DNA from: a virus
Taxonomy: Duplodnaviria > Heunggongvirae > Uroviricota > Caudoviricetes
DNA length: 64,000 bases
Direction: 5' to 3' (one strand)
IMG/VR virus record: IMGVR_UViG_3300031088_000735
The position numbers were made by a program, and so were the translations under genes. This document shows, one piece after another, positions 37,892-47,308 of the stretch. The notes beneath the pieces are model-generated. The model did no database searches. It was not told the DNA's origin and saw only the letters and a list, made by a program, of their open reading frames with translations. Position 1 is the first letter of the stretch, and the number at the start of each line of letters is the position of its first letter.

Positions 37892-38052
37892 CTTCCTTTT
37901 AACCAAGATGAAGGACTTTCATCACGGTCTTATTTCATGGATTATATTGATTGTATTTCAAAGAACACCTTGAGAATAATTAATCATTAAATGATTGTAA
38001 AAATCTTATTTTTGTTTTATAATGTCTCATCAAAACATAGGACATACCTGTC

Positions 38053-38346
38053 ATGATGAAAGAAATTGATGGTTTGATTGATGCAATGACCAAAGTCAGT
38101 CGTCTTGCAGATTTGAGAGCGAATCTTAATCATGCTAAACGTCGAATGATGCCGCGTTGTGTTAATTGCAGTCACTGGATGAAATCCAATCAATGTCCCA
38201 AAGAAGTCAATGTCAAGGGGCGTAGTCAAGGCCCATCCTGCGAAGGTATTGCCTGCAAATCTTATGTGGAAGACACGTTTTCAACGGATATCCATCGCAA
38301 GAAAATTGCCGAATGCGAATCTGAAATTGCATTGATTAATCTCTGA
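38053..38346 (+). CDS. Cys-rich hypothetical protein
   Basis: CVNC...C...C...C; AGGA SD. Confidence 0.7.
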   Translation: MMKEIDGLIDAMTKVSRLADLRANLNHAKRRMMPRCVNCSHWMKSNQCPKEVNVKGRSQGPSCEGIACKSYVEDTFSTDIHRKKIAECESEIALINL

Positions 38347-38380
38347 CCTCAGTCTTAATATCTAAATAAAGGTTGTCACA

Positions 38381-38476
38381 ATGATCAGAAACATTATTTT
38401 TTGTCTTCGTTTTGCCGAAGCATTTTTTAGCTGTACTGATGAAGACTGGTCAACGGAAAGCTTTTGGGCGGCTTGA
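38381..38476 (+). CDS. possible small protein (31 aa)
   Basis: AAGGT SD; MIRNIIFCLRFAEAFFSCTDEDWSTESFWAA. Confidence 0.4.
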   Translation: MIRNIIFCLRFAEAFFSCTDEDWSTESFWAA

Positions 38477-38550
38477 TTTTGTCTTAAATCTTGCCTAATA
38501 AACTCATTTTTGTTATACTTGTCCCATCAAAACCAAACGAGATAATGACC

Positions 38551-39186
38551 ATGAATACTCCACTCGAACTCATTGCCGGTTTCCAAGAAGCTACCGCTCA
38601 ACTTCGTGATCAGCATGAGCAAATGCTGCCTACGCTTTCCTTGTGTGGTGATGATTGCCGCTACATGGATGTTGCTTACATCATTGAAGCCCTCAATGAA
38701 GTAAAAGATAACCTGCCAGCTAATCTCAGTGTGATTGCTGCTCGTATCGTCGCTGACCTCGCCATGCTCGATGAAATGACAAAAGACCAAAACGCTCTCA
38801 TTCAAGAGCGGAACGACATTCTTGATGAACAAATTGGCGACCTGCATACTGCGTTGGAAACTCAACTGGCTGACGTGCCAGAACGTCAACTGACCCGTGC
38901 TGTCACCATCGGCACTAAACACCTGAACGCCGCTGAACTGGCTATTCTGGAAGCTGTTTACACTGGTCTGAACGTCACTCACGTCAACCATGAAGAACGC
39001 AAAGATTTGGTCTATTACAACTACGATGAGCGTCCTACGCTTCGTGAAGACATTATCGCCGCATTCTATGCAGGTGTTAAAGAAACCAATCTCAACAGTG
39101 AGATTGAATTCCGCAACTACGTCCACGGTGAAAATGTTATGGGTTACACCAGCGAACTGGTAAAGGTTATCGAAGCCAAGCGTTAA
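38551..39186 (+). CDS. hypothetical acidic coiled-coil protein
   Basis: start reassigned after CCCATC promoter; UUCG terminator. Confidence 0.8.
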   Translation: MNTPLELIAGFQEATAQLRDQHEQMLPTLSLCGDDCRYMDVAYIIEALNEVKDNLPANLSVIAARIVADLAMLDEMTKDQNALIQERNDILDEQIGDLHTALETQLADVPERQLTRAVTIGTKHLNAAELAILEAVYTGLNVTHVNHEERKDLVYYNYDERPTLREDIIAAFYAGVKETNLNSEIEFRNYVHGENVMGYTSELVKVIEAKR

Positions 39187-39297
39187 TCTGCACTTAATCG
39201 CATAATAAAGGGGCTTCGGCTCCTTTTTTGTTATTTGATAATTTATCCATTTATGTGTTAAACTGCAGTTATTGAAACGAACCTTCAGGTGTTCAAC

Positions 39298-39759
39298 ATG
39301 GCTAAGCAAATTTCCCCCATTGATCTTGAATTCTTGGTCAGTGACTGCAATATCCCTCTCACCCTGATACCAGCCGATAAGGTTAAGCTTGACCCTATGG
39401 AAGCTAATGTGTTTTCTGGCTTCATTAAAGACTTTATTGGCTTCAATCAAGTTCCAGACAAGCAACATGGCCGCTTAGAGAAAGATTGTCAACTGTCTAG
39501 TATTGGTTTTGTTGCCCAAGATGGTCTGAGTTATGTGCCTGTCTTCTTATTTCTTTGCGAAACCGCTATTTTTGACAGTGATATTTACAAAAATGTCAAT
39601 TATCAGGAAACGCCTTGGGTTGTTCTCTATCACGGGAATGATAATCACAGTTATGGCCGTCGCTTTAAAAATGAATTCGAAGCCAATCGCTTTGTGAAAA
39701 ATGGTTTTGTCAACGGGTTCTTTCACGTTCATGGCAAATTGGAATTCTATAATTCTTAA
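39298..39759 (+). CDS. hypothetical protein
   Basis: AGGTG SD before ATG 39298. Confidence 0.7.
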   Translation: MAKQISPIDLEFLVSDCNIPLTLIPADKVKLDPMEANVFSGFIKDFIGFNQVPDKQHGRLEKDCQLSSIGFVAQDGLSYVPVFLFLCETAIFDSDIYKNVNYQETPWVVLYHGNDNHSYGRRFKNEFEANRFVKNGFVNGFFHVHGKLEFYNS

Positions 39760-39833
39760 TTTTGATTAAAAAAATAGACAACATCATGAGGCTTATGTTA
39801 TCATAGGCTCATTCAATACAAGGATATTTACAC

Positions 39834-40301
39834 ATGATCGCAAAACGTTATACTATTTTCAACAAGCACATCGGTGGTAGTAACCGCCTCCCACAAGGCT
39901 TTCATGGCCTAAATCGCTTGCATTCAACCAAGGCTAAAATGTCGCCAGAAGCCCAAGCTTTGTTTGCAGAGTGGGAAAAATCGGAAACCGAAGTGGTTCT
40001 GATGGGTGGTAATGACGAACAGCTTGAAGCCCTTGCAGCCGCATTGGCTAACATCACTGAGCTGCCTTCGGCTAAGTTCAACGAAGCGGATCTGCGTGAT
40101 AGCTGCACTGTTGTGACGTTTGTCGCCACTGATCGCATTGTAGCAGGTGGCAATGAACTTCGTGGCATGAATGTGAAGCCTTATGAAGCCGAAGATTTCT
40201 TGGCTAAAAACACTGTCCGTATGCCGGAAGGCCGCGTTCAGTTGACGCCAGATGAAATCTTTGTTGTTGCCAACATTGCTTACCTTCGCCTTGCCGACTA
40301 A
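39834..40301 (+). CDS. peptidyl-tRNA hydrolase (Pth2)-like protein
   Basis: PQGFH, W...ETEVVLMGG..EQL..L, LP.AKFNEADL...CTVVTFV pattern recalled from phage Pth2-like proteins. Confidence 0.55.
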   Translation: MIAKRYTIFNKHIGGSNRLPQGFHGLNRLHSTKAKMSPEAQALFAEWEKSETEVVLMGGNDEQLEALAAALANITELPSAKFNEADLRDSCTVVTFVATDRIVAGGNELRGMNVKPYEAEDFLAKNTVRMPEGRVQLTPDEIFVVANIAYLRLAD

Positions 40302-40367
40302 ACACCTTGTTATGGGCCTATTATAGCGATATAATGGGCTATTCACTATTTAAAGGACTTATCTCCC

Positions 40368-40652
40368 ATGTATATTTTGATTCGTGAAGATGCGACAAAG
40401 GTTCTTGGTTTCACTGTCTGGTCTGGCTTTGGTGTAGATCACTCGATTCGTGATAGCTTTAATGATGTGGCTGTTGTGAGTTTTGAGCAGAATGAAAAAT
40501 CTGTTTCTGTTCGGATGTTCAGCACAGCAGAGTATGCGAATTCGGAAGCTGTTCGCCTTTCTAAAATCATAAAAGAATTGCATCAAAAAGATATTAAATT
40601 AGAAGTTATGCCTCTTCATGTCTATATCCGTCAAATTGAAAATTGGGGTTGA
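40368..40652 (+). CDS. hypothetical protein
   Basis: AAGGA SD; palindromic promoter. Confidence 0.7.
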   Translation: MYILIREDATKVLGFTVWSGFGVDHSIRDSFNDVAVVSFEQNEKSVSVRMFSTAEYANSEAVRLSKIIKELHQKDIKLEVMPLHVYIRQIENWG

Positions 40653-40723
40653 AAAAGCTTGTTTTTGGTCTGTTATAGCGGTATAATAGACCCATCAAAA
40701 CAGAAACCATCAAGGATTACAAA

Positions 40724-40975
40724 ATGCACACTCAAAACACCCTGCACTTGACCGACAAACAATACAAGCTCGCTGCTGTTTTGCTGTCCACTTCGGAACC
40801 TTCTGTCAGCAATGATACTTTGGTTGAAGTCATGGTTCGTGAAGGCATCCGCCAATACCCAGCCGAAAAACTGGTTGAGCAACGTGCTCAGTTCTACACC
40901 GAAAATCAAATGATTGACGAAGACCATCCGTTGCACGAAATGGTTTCGAGTCTGGTCGCTCAAAAAGCCGCTTGA
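40724..40975 (+). CDS. hypothetical protein
   Basis: AAGGA SD; palindromic promoter. Confidence 0.75.
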   Translation: MHTQNTLHLTDKQYKLAAVLLSTSEPSVSNDTLVEVMVREGIRQYPAEKLVEQRAQFYTENQMIDEDHPLHEMVSSLVAQKAA

Positions 40976-41014
40976 TTGCGGCTTCAACCTTTATTCTTTT
41001 CTGGGAGTGATCCA

Positions 41015-41239
41015 ATGACTCATGTAACTGCTAATGATGTTCTGAATGGTGTGAAGTTTAAGCTTCATGAGCGTGTCAACGTTTCGACACACAAACATTT
41101 CACCGTTGTAGACGCCAGCCTGTCGGTTAACCCTGTCAGTAGTGAGGTGAACGTTTCCCTGACCATTGATTACGTCAATGGTGAACACACTGGCACCGAC
41201 ATCATCAACGCCAGCCAGTTGAAAGGTTTCTTGAAATAA
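41015..41239 (+). CDS. hypothetical protein
   Basis: GGGAG SD before ATG 41015. Confidence 0.7.
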   Translation: MTHVTANDVLNGVKFKLHERVNVSTHKHFTVVDASLSVNPVSSEVNVSLTIDYVNGEHTGTDIINASQLKGFLK

Positions 41240-41257
41240 CTCAGAAATCGTACAAAA

Positions 41258-41282
41258 GCCCAACCTAGTGTTGGGTTTTTTG
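41258..41282 (+). terminator. terminator of the CCCAAC-CTAGT-GTTGGG family
   Basis: near-identical copies at 42098, 42561 and 58936. Confidence 0.85.
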
Positions 41283-41337
41283 CTTGTAATCACTCTCAAA
41301 ATTCATTATAATGTATCCATCGAAACGAGGATTGATA

Positions 41338-41676
41338 ATGAACATTCAAAGCCTTAAAAACATTTTAACCAAGCCCTTCTTTCGCAAGAAAGACACACAG
41401 GCTTGCACCTGCTCTGTCCATCAAGGTTTGAGCGGAATTCAGAGTACGTTTGCTGAAATGCATAAAAGTGTCGATTCAATTTCTAACTCTCTGAATAACA
41501 TCATTGACTATCAGCGTAAAACTAAAGAGTTGTTTAAAATTGAAGCCCGCATCTCTGAAATCTCAGCTATTGCCACTTCGCCAACTTTTGCAGACATGGT
41601 GTTAAATCGTCCAAATGAAGTTAAAAGTCTTCGTGATGAACTTGATTCCTTGGTTTTTAAATCCCGAAATCTTTAA
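41338..41676 (+). CDS. hypothetical protein, triplet paralog 1
   Basis: C-terminus ARISEIS...F.DMV.N.P.EV..LR.ELD.LV shared with 42178. Confidence 0.75.
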   Translation: MNIQSLKNILTKPFFRKKDTQACTCSVHQGLSGIQSTFAEMHKSVDSISNSLNNIIDYQRKTKELFKIEARISEISAIATSPTFADMVLNRPNEVKSLRDELDSLVFKSRNL

Positions 41677-41706
41677 CAAACCTGAATAGCTACTGAGGAT
41701 TTGATT

Positions 41707-42075
41707 ATGAGCTTTTTGAAATTCGGTGGTTTCATTGCTGGTCTGTTGGGGGCTAATAATAGTCAATCACGTCAACCTAAGCAGCACAAAAGCTACCAGC
41801 GTCGTTATGAACCTGTTCAAACTCAATTTGACAGTATGAATAACACTGTTGAGCGAATCGGTAGCTATATCGACCAAATTAAAGTGCATGAGAAAAGACT
41901 CAACAAGCTTGAAAGAATTGTAAACCGCATTGAACGTATTCAGGCTTACATGCAAACGTATGAATTCAAGCAACTGAATATTGACTACCCCGGCACCAAA
42001 GAAGAACTGCTTGACGAAATTGAAGATCTTCGTTATGAAGCTAAATCATTGCTTAACCAACGTGTTTTAGCCTAA
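41707..42075 (+). CDS. hypothetical protein, triplet paralog 2 (divergent)
   Basis: similar C-terminal helical pattern RI.RI...EF......P....EL.DEI.DL. Confidence 0.7.
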   Translation: MSFLKFGGFIAGLLGANNSQSRQPKQHKSYQRRYEPVQTQFDSMNNTVERIGSYIDQIKVHEKRLNKLERIVNRIERIQAYMQTYEFKQLNIDYPGTKEELLDEIEDLRYEAKSLLNQRVLA

Positions 42076-42177
42076 ATCGAAACGTATGTAATCAAAACCC
42101 AGCCTAGTGTTGGGTTTTTTATTGTCATTTATTTAATGAACTGTTATACTATCTTTATTAATAAATGGGGCATTACC

Positions 42178-42537
42178 ATGATCAATAAGCCAGTTAAAAA
42201 TTTCATTACCAAGCTCTTTACTTCGAGAGAGAAAAAAGCTGTAGCCTCAGAGTTTACTGAAAAAAATGAGATTTGTAAGTTTAGTATTCTTGAAAATGTT
42301 GAAAAGAAAGATGGCATCGTCATGGAAGATTTGCTAAGTTTCAAAGACTCTCTCAGGATTTTGATTAAGCACCCAGAAAGAATGTCAACATTTGATAAAA
42401 TTCACGCTCGTATTATTGAAATCAGCGAATTTACCAAAACCTCAGCATTTAAAGATATGGTTATCAATCACCCTGATGAAGTCCAGAAGCTTCGTAATGA
42501 GCTTGATGAATTAGTTAACATTGCTAACAACATATAA
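42178..42537 (+). CDS. hypothetical protein, triplet paralog 3
   Basis: see 41338. Confidence 0.75.
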   Translation: MINKPVKNFITKLFTSREKKAVASEFTEKNEICKFSILENVEKKDGIVMEDLLSFKDSLRILIKHPERMSTFDKIHARIIEISEFTKTSAFKDMVINHPDEVQKLRNELDELVNIANNI

Positions 42538-42657
42538 TCTTTAGTATTTGATGACTCGAAGCCCAACCCAGTGTTGGGTTTTTTATGCATTAAAAATGAT
42601 ATTGTTTATTTTCTTTCGGTATGATACTATTGCACAAATTATATGAGGCTTCAAAAA

Positions 42658-43212
42658 ATGAACAAAGCAGTAACCGAAAAAAGTAAATACATCTCCTATG
42701 TCTTGCGTCATGGTGCAAAAGAAGTGGGGATCGCCATTGATAGCCAAGGCTGGGTGCTTGTGGCTGACTTGATGGCCGTCGCCAAACGCGACAAGAAATC
42801 TTTCACCCGTGAAGAACTCGACTTCATTGTTGAAAACAACAACAAAAAACGTTTCGCCTTCTCCGAAGATGGCTTGTCTATCCGTGCCAGCCAAGGCCAT
42901 TCCAATGAAAGCATTGAGATTGCCTTCCAACCTGTTGAACCACCAGAATCGCTGTTCCACGGCACCACAGTGGACTTTGTAGATCTTATCATGAAGGAAG
43001 GTCTGAGCAAGATGAAACGTCATCATGTCCACCTCTCTCAGAGTCTTGAAACCGCTGTTAGCGTTGGTAGTCGTCATGGTAAGGTCGCTATGCTCAAAGT
43101 CAACTCTGCTCAAATGCAGCGTGATGGGTTCAGCTTCTACTGCTCAGCTAACAACGTCTGGTTGACGGATAATGTCCCGGCTCGCTATATCGAGATTGTG
43201 CCTATCAAGTAA
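42658..43212 (+). CDS. kptA: RNA 2'-phosphotransferase (KptA/Tpt1)
   Basis: SYVLRH, KKRF, IRASQGHS, LFHGT, RHHVHLS, NNVWLT motifs. Confidence 0.95.
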   Translation: MNKAVTEKSKYISYVLRHGAKEVGIAIDSQGWVLVADLMAVAKRDKKSFTREELDFIVENNNKKRFAFSEDGLSIRASQGHSNESIEIAFQPVEPPESLFHGTTVDFVDLIMKEGLSKMKRHHVHLSQSLETAVSVGSRHGKVAMLKVNSAQMQRDGFSFYCSANNVWLTDNVPARYIEIVPIK

Positions 43213-43315
43213 CACGTTTGATCCGCAAAAATACTAAGGGCTTCGGCCCTTTTTTGTTGCCTTCATTTTGACATGGGTGTATAATCAAGACATCTAAAAC
43301 GCAATGGTGAACATC

Positions 43316-43459
43316 ATGAGTTTTGTTATTACAGAGTTCAGTAAAGCACCTAAACACTATTCCATCTCCGAAAAAATTGAAACTGCTGCAGGTTTGACTT
43401 GGAAAGAAGTCGCTACTGTCAAGCAACGTTCGACGGCTTTCTTTTTGATCTCTCATTGA
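43316..43459 (+). CDS. small hypothetical protein (47 aa)
   Basis: GGTG SD, promoter; not in ORF track. Confidence 0.5.
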   Translation: MSFVITEFSKAPKHYSISEKIETAAGLTWKEVATVKQRSTAFFLISH

Positions 43460-43504
43460 GAAATTGTCTCATTAACAAATAACCCAACCAGTGAGATATT
43501 TTAA

Positions 43505-43690
43505 ATGTCCGAACAATATTCAGAGCAAACCATGACACCAACAAGCCCATTGAATGATTTGGTGGCTGACCTTGATGCGGAACAACTGAAAGCGTTGCTA
43601 CTGCATTTGTTTTTGACAACTAAGAACCCTGCTTTTCGAGCCAATATTAAATCGTGGCGGAAAAGTCAAAACCTTCCAAAAACTGTTTGA
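43505..43690 (+). CDS. hypothetical protein
   Basis: 61 aa ORF, terminator follows. Confidence 0.6.
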   Translation: MSEQYSEQTMTPTSPLNDLVADLDAEQLKALLLHLFLTTKNPAFRANIKSWRKSQNLPKTV

Positions 43691-43847
43691 TTGTTCATTG
43701 ATCAAGTAATCAAGGGCTTCGGCCCTTTTTTTTGATCTAAAATTTATCAATCCATCAATTCACTGTTAAATTAATCGCATTAATTTTATAATTATGTTGA
43801 TAATTATATCTTTTTCGTATATACTCCCGAAACCATGAGGATTATTT

Positions 43848-44936
43848 ATGACAATCAACAAACAACAAGAATTTGACACATTTGTTAAGAAATTTGTGAC
43901 TGATAACTGGACGACTCTATCCACCAGTAAAAAGTATCGTCAAGCTTACGAAAATGATCGTGATGGTTGTATCAACTACTTGCCCGAACAAAACCAAAAA
44001 CCAGATTCTGATTATTTAGGCAACTCAGAAGTATTTGCTCGTTTTTTGACTGAATTTCTGGATGCTTTCATTTTTATTGATGGGCTTGTTTTTGACTTGA
44101 ATGGTCACTTCCCTGATCTCACTGGTCGAACTTTTGCTGATGTCGTAGCTTCTGCTAATGACATTAAAAATCGTTCATTCCGTTATTTCTCGCATGAAAA
44201 TCTGACAAAACGATTTCATAAACGCCTGTTGATGGATGTTTTTACAGCCTTTATTACTGTCCGTGATAAAGAAGATCATAAACCAATTTACTATCATTTG
44301 TTCGCTTATGATGACAACCTTCTTGAAATAAAAGATAACAGTCCTTGCCCTACTTGTGATGAATACGTGGCGGTCATGATTAACTATGAAACCAATACTA
44401 TCACGCCACACCTTGAAACCAAACCTTGTAAGCTCCCTAAGTCGGCTACCCGTGTTTCAGTATCATTGAAAAGCCCTTCTGGTAAGTTGGTGTTTCTTAA
44501 TTCACCCAGAGAATTCTTCAAAGAAGAACGTCCCGATCAATATGAAGTCTCTATTAACTCAACATTAGGTTGTATTGAAGAAACAAAGTTTCATGCTAAA
44601 CATAACATCGGATATTTCTTTATTGGTAATACCGTAGCCGATATTATGCAGAAGAAAGGTGAGATACTGACACTTTGTTATAATGATGAAGATGATAAAC
44701 AAGTCGCTAAATACAAAGACTACAAACGTAAAGGTGCTATTTGCACAGGGCTTTGGTGGTATACTGTTCTTGATTATGACCTCTATATTCATTTATGTGA
44801 ACAACATCAAGTTGCACCTGATTCCATTGAACATACTGTTGTAACTACGAAGGCTTTGAAATATAAAGTTAGCCATAGTTTGGCTGCTCACACTAAAGGC
44901 CATGATACTGGTGTTTATTCCAAAATAACTTATTGA
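43848..44936 (+). CDS. conserved hypothetical protein, paralog of 46134
   Basis: CPTC, SPSGKLVFLN, SINSTLGCI, CTGLWWYT shared. Confidence 0.85.
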   Translation: MTINKQQEFDTFVKKFVTDNWTTLSTSKKYRQAYENDRDGCINYLPEQNQKPDSDYLGNSEVFARFLTEFLDAFIFIDGLVFDLNGHFPDLTGRTFADVVASANDIKNRSFRYFSHENLTKRFHKRLLMDVFTAFITVRDKEDHKPIYYHLFAYDDNLLEIKDNSPCPTCDEYVAVMINYETNTITPHLETKPCKLPKSATRVSVSLKSPSGKLVFLNSPREFFKEERPDQYEVSINSTLGCIEETKFHAKHNIGYFFIGNTVADIMQKKGEILTLCYNDEDDKQVAKYKDYKRKGAICTGLWWYTVLDYDLYIHLCEQHQVAPDSIEHTVVTTKALKYKVSHSLAAHTKGHDTGVYSKITY

Positions 44937-45088
44937 TGTTTAACTTGTTTTAATAACTAAGAGCTTCGGCTCTTTTTTATTATCTTTTATATTTATTTTT
45001 TGAATATTAGTTCTTAAATGAATTGATTTTTTATTAAATTAAAGACGAAAAAAAGGCTACTAATTAGCAGCCTTTTTATTATTAACAC

Positions 45089-45991
45089 TTAGTTATTAAG
45101 AATTCTACTCAGTTTATTATAAGTCCTTGCCATATCTTTATTCTTAATGTCAGCTTCCACATTCGCATAGTTTTCATATATTTCCTTGTCATAGATAGTC
45201 ATTACGGCAAGGGCTGGTATAAGGTATCCAATATAGCTTGCTGGCAGGTCTTTCCCGTTGCTATTAACTTCAATTACTGTATTGTCTTTCTTGTATACAC
45301 TTTCTTCACTTACCCAACCAAAGAAACTTTTATTTGTATATCCTTTGCTTTCTAAAGATTGTTTATAGGAACTTAACACATAGTTCATAGCGTCTTTATC
45401 AATACCAGTTCGGCTTTCGTTAGAGACTTTTGTCATCAGTTCTACTTTCAACACATTGCCATAAGCAAAGGTATATTGAACACTATATACAGATTGACGA
45501 TCATCAATTTCTAAAACTGTCATTGGACTGTTTTTAACATCAAGTGTCAACAACACACCATTGTTGTAAAAGTCCATATTCTTGATGTTTTTTGACTCAA
45601 TTAACCCTATTGAAAGGTAACTTTTTAGTTTGGTTGCCGTATCGTCGTTCCCGATACCAAAGAAAAATTTCTTTCTAAATTCAATAGCAATTGGATGGTC
45701 GATGACAAAATAATAGAAGTATTTAGAACTGCTTTCAGGAATGAAAACTTGCAGTTCATCTTTTACACCAACTTGTTTTGTTAATGTTTCTAAGCTTGGC
45801 GGCACTTTGTTATCAATATCATAGTCTTTCAATATGTTTGAAAACTTTATGTTATCTTGTGAAGACATGTCTTGAACAGTAATTGGATTTTTAAGTTGTT
45901 TAGTTTCAAAATCCACTGCATATGACATTGAGATAGATGACATCAATGCTAAAGCCGAACTCAACAAAATACCCATTTTAATTTTTCGCAT
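45089..45991 (-). CDS. AT-rich exported protein
   Basis: signal peptide ending SYA; GGAG SD. Confidence 0.75.
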   Translation of the reverse strand: MRKIKMGILLSSALALMSSISMSYAVDFETKQLKNPITVQDMSSQDNIKFSNILKDYDIDNKVPPSLETLTKQVGVKDELQVFIPESSSKYFYYFVIDHPIAIEFRKKFFFGIGNDDTATKLKSYLSIGLIESKNIKNMDFYNNGVLLTLDVKNSPMTVLEIDDRQSVYSVQYTFAYGNVLKVELMTKVSNESRTGIDKDAMNYVLSSYKQSLESKGYTNKSFFGWVSEESVYKKDNTVIEVNSNGKDLPASYIGYLIPALAVMTIYDKEIYENYANVEADIKNKDMARTYNKLSRILNN

Positions 45992-46133
45992 TAAAAACTT
46001 CTCCAGTTATTGATTAAAGATGATCTATATTATCTTAAATTAGACGAAGTGTCTATTTATTTTTTCTATTTTTAAAAGTTATTGCTATTTTTAAACAATT
46101 CCTTTATAATTCCGATATCTTGGAGGACTATTA

Positions 46134-47183
46134 ATGTCATTAACAATGTTCGAACAATATGATGCCTTAATTAAGGAGTTTGTCACTGATAACATGGCTA
46201 CTTTATTAGCCAGTAAACGCTACAAAGAACCCGAAACAGGAAAGGCTGAAACCAGTCTGGATTATTTGCCTGAACATAATACAAAGGCTGAACCTGACTT
46301 TATCGGTGATTCACCAGCATTTAAAGCCCTTGTCAATACGTTTGTCGATAGGTTTATTGACCGTGATGATATCGTCTTCAAAATGCAAGGACATATGCCC
46401 TCTGTTGATGGTAAAACGGTTGCTGATGTGATGGCAACTGATGATCGTTATGATCGTGATACGATGCTGTTTGAATATGATATGAAATTACAAATTGATG
46501 TCTTTGACGTATTCTTGGGCATGCGGGACAATGTAAAAATCAACTATTTTACATTCAGTTATGGTCGAAATAAAGTCGAGTTTCAAAGTTCTTTAAGATG
46601 CCCAGCTTGTAATCAATACTTGTCCATGATTATTGATTATGATCAAATGGCTGTTGTACCTTTGTCTAAAGTAAAAGATTGCCCATTAGCGAATGTTCCC
46701 ACTAATATGGTGGTAGAACTGAATTCGCCTTCTGGTAAGTTGGTGTTTCTTAATGATCCAAGAGAATTTTTTAAACTTCAACGTGAGAATAGATATGTTG
46801 TCAGTATTAACTCAACACTGGGTTGTATTCAAGAAACTCAGTTTTATGCCGATCACAATATTGGATTTTTCTTTATAGGCAATTGCATGCCTTATATCTT
46901 TCAAAAAGATAATGAAATTTTATTTAGTTCATTTGATGATGAAAGTGAAGATGATCCATTTGAAGGTTATGAACAATTGGGTTATGTTTGTACCGGCCTC
47001 TGGTGGTATACCATCCTCGATCATCAGTTATTCCTAAATCTCTGTGCTGAACAGGGTATTGACCCCGAATCTATTGAACATACTGTTGCAACAACCGACA
47101 AGAAAACCTTTAAAGTCGATCATGATTTAACAGCCCATCGAGAAGGCCATTTTTATGGCGTCTACTCAACTATCACCTATTGA
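46134..47183 (+). CDS. conserved hypothetical protein, paralog of 43848
   Basis: CPAC, SPSGKLVFLN, SINSTLGCI, CTGLWWYT; GGAGG SD. Confidence 0.85.
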   Translation: MSLTMFEQYDALIKEFVTDNMATLLASKRYKEPETGKAETSLDYLPEHNTKAEPDFIGDSPAFKALVNTFVDRFIDRDDIVFKMQGHMPSVDGKTVADVMATDDRYDRDTMLFEYDMKLQIDVFDVFLGMRDNVKINYFTFSYGRNKVEFQSSLRCPACNQYLSMIIDYDQMAVVPLSKVKDCPLANVPTNMVVELNSPSGKLVFLNDPREFFKLQRENRYVVSINSTLGCIQETQFYADHNIGFFFIGNCMPYIFQKDNEILFSSFDDESEDDPFEGYEQLGYVCTGLWWYTILDHQLFLNLCAEQGIDPESIEHTVATTDKKTFKVDHDLTAHREGHFYGVYSTITY

Positions 47184-47308
47184 TAGGTGTTTGCATTAAC
47201 AATGGGGCTTCGGCTCCATTTTTTTTATGCTATTTTTCATGATTATAGATTGCCTAGGTTAAGCCGATTTGCTATAATCATCCCATACAAACAAACAGAG
47301 TTCATCCC

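Noticed and set aside
38436-38462. CTGATGA...GAAA hammerhead-like core
   Set aside because: Stem II cannot close (A opposite G) and no convincing stem I/III with a UH site; it lies within a plausible small ORF.
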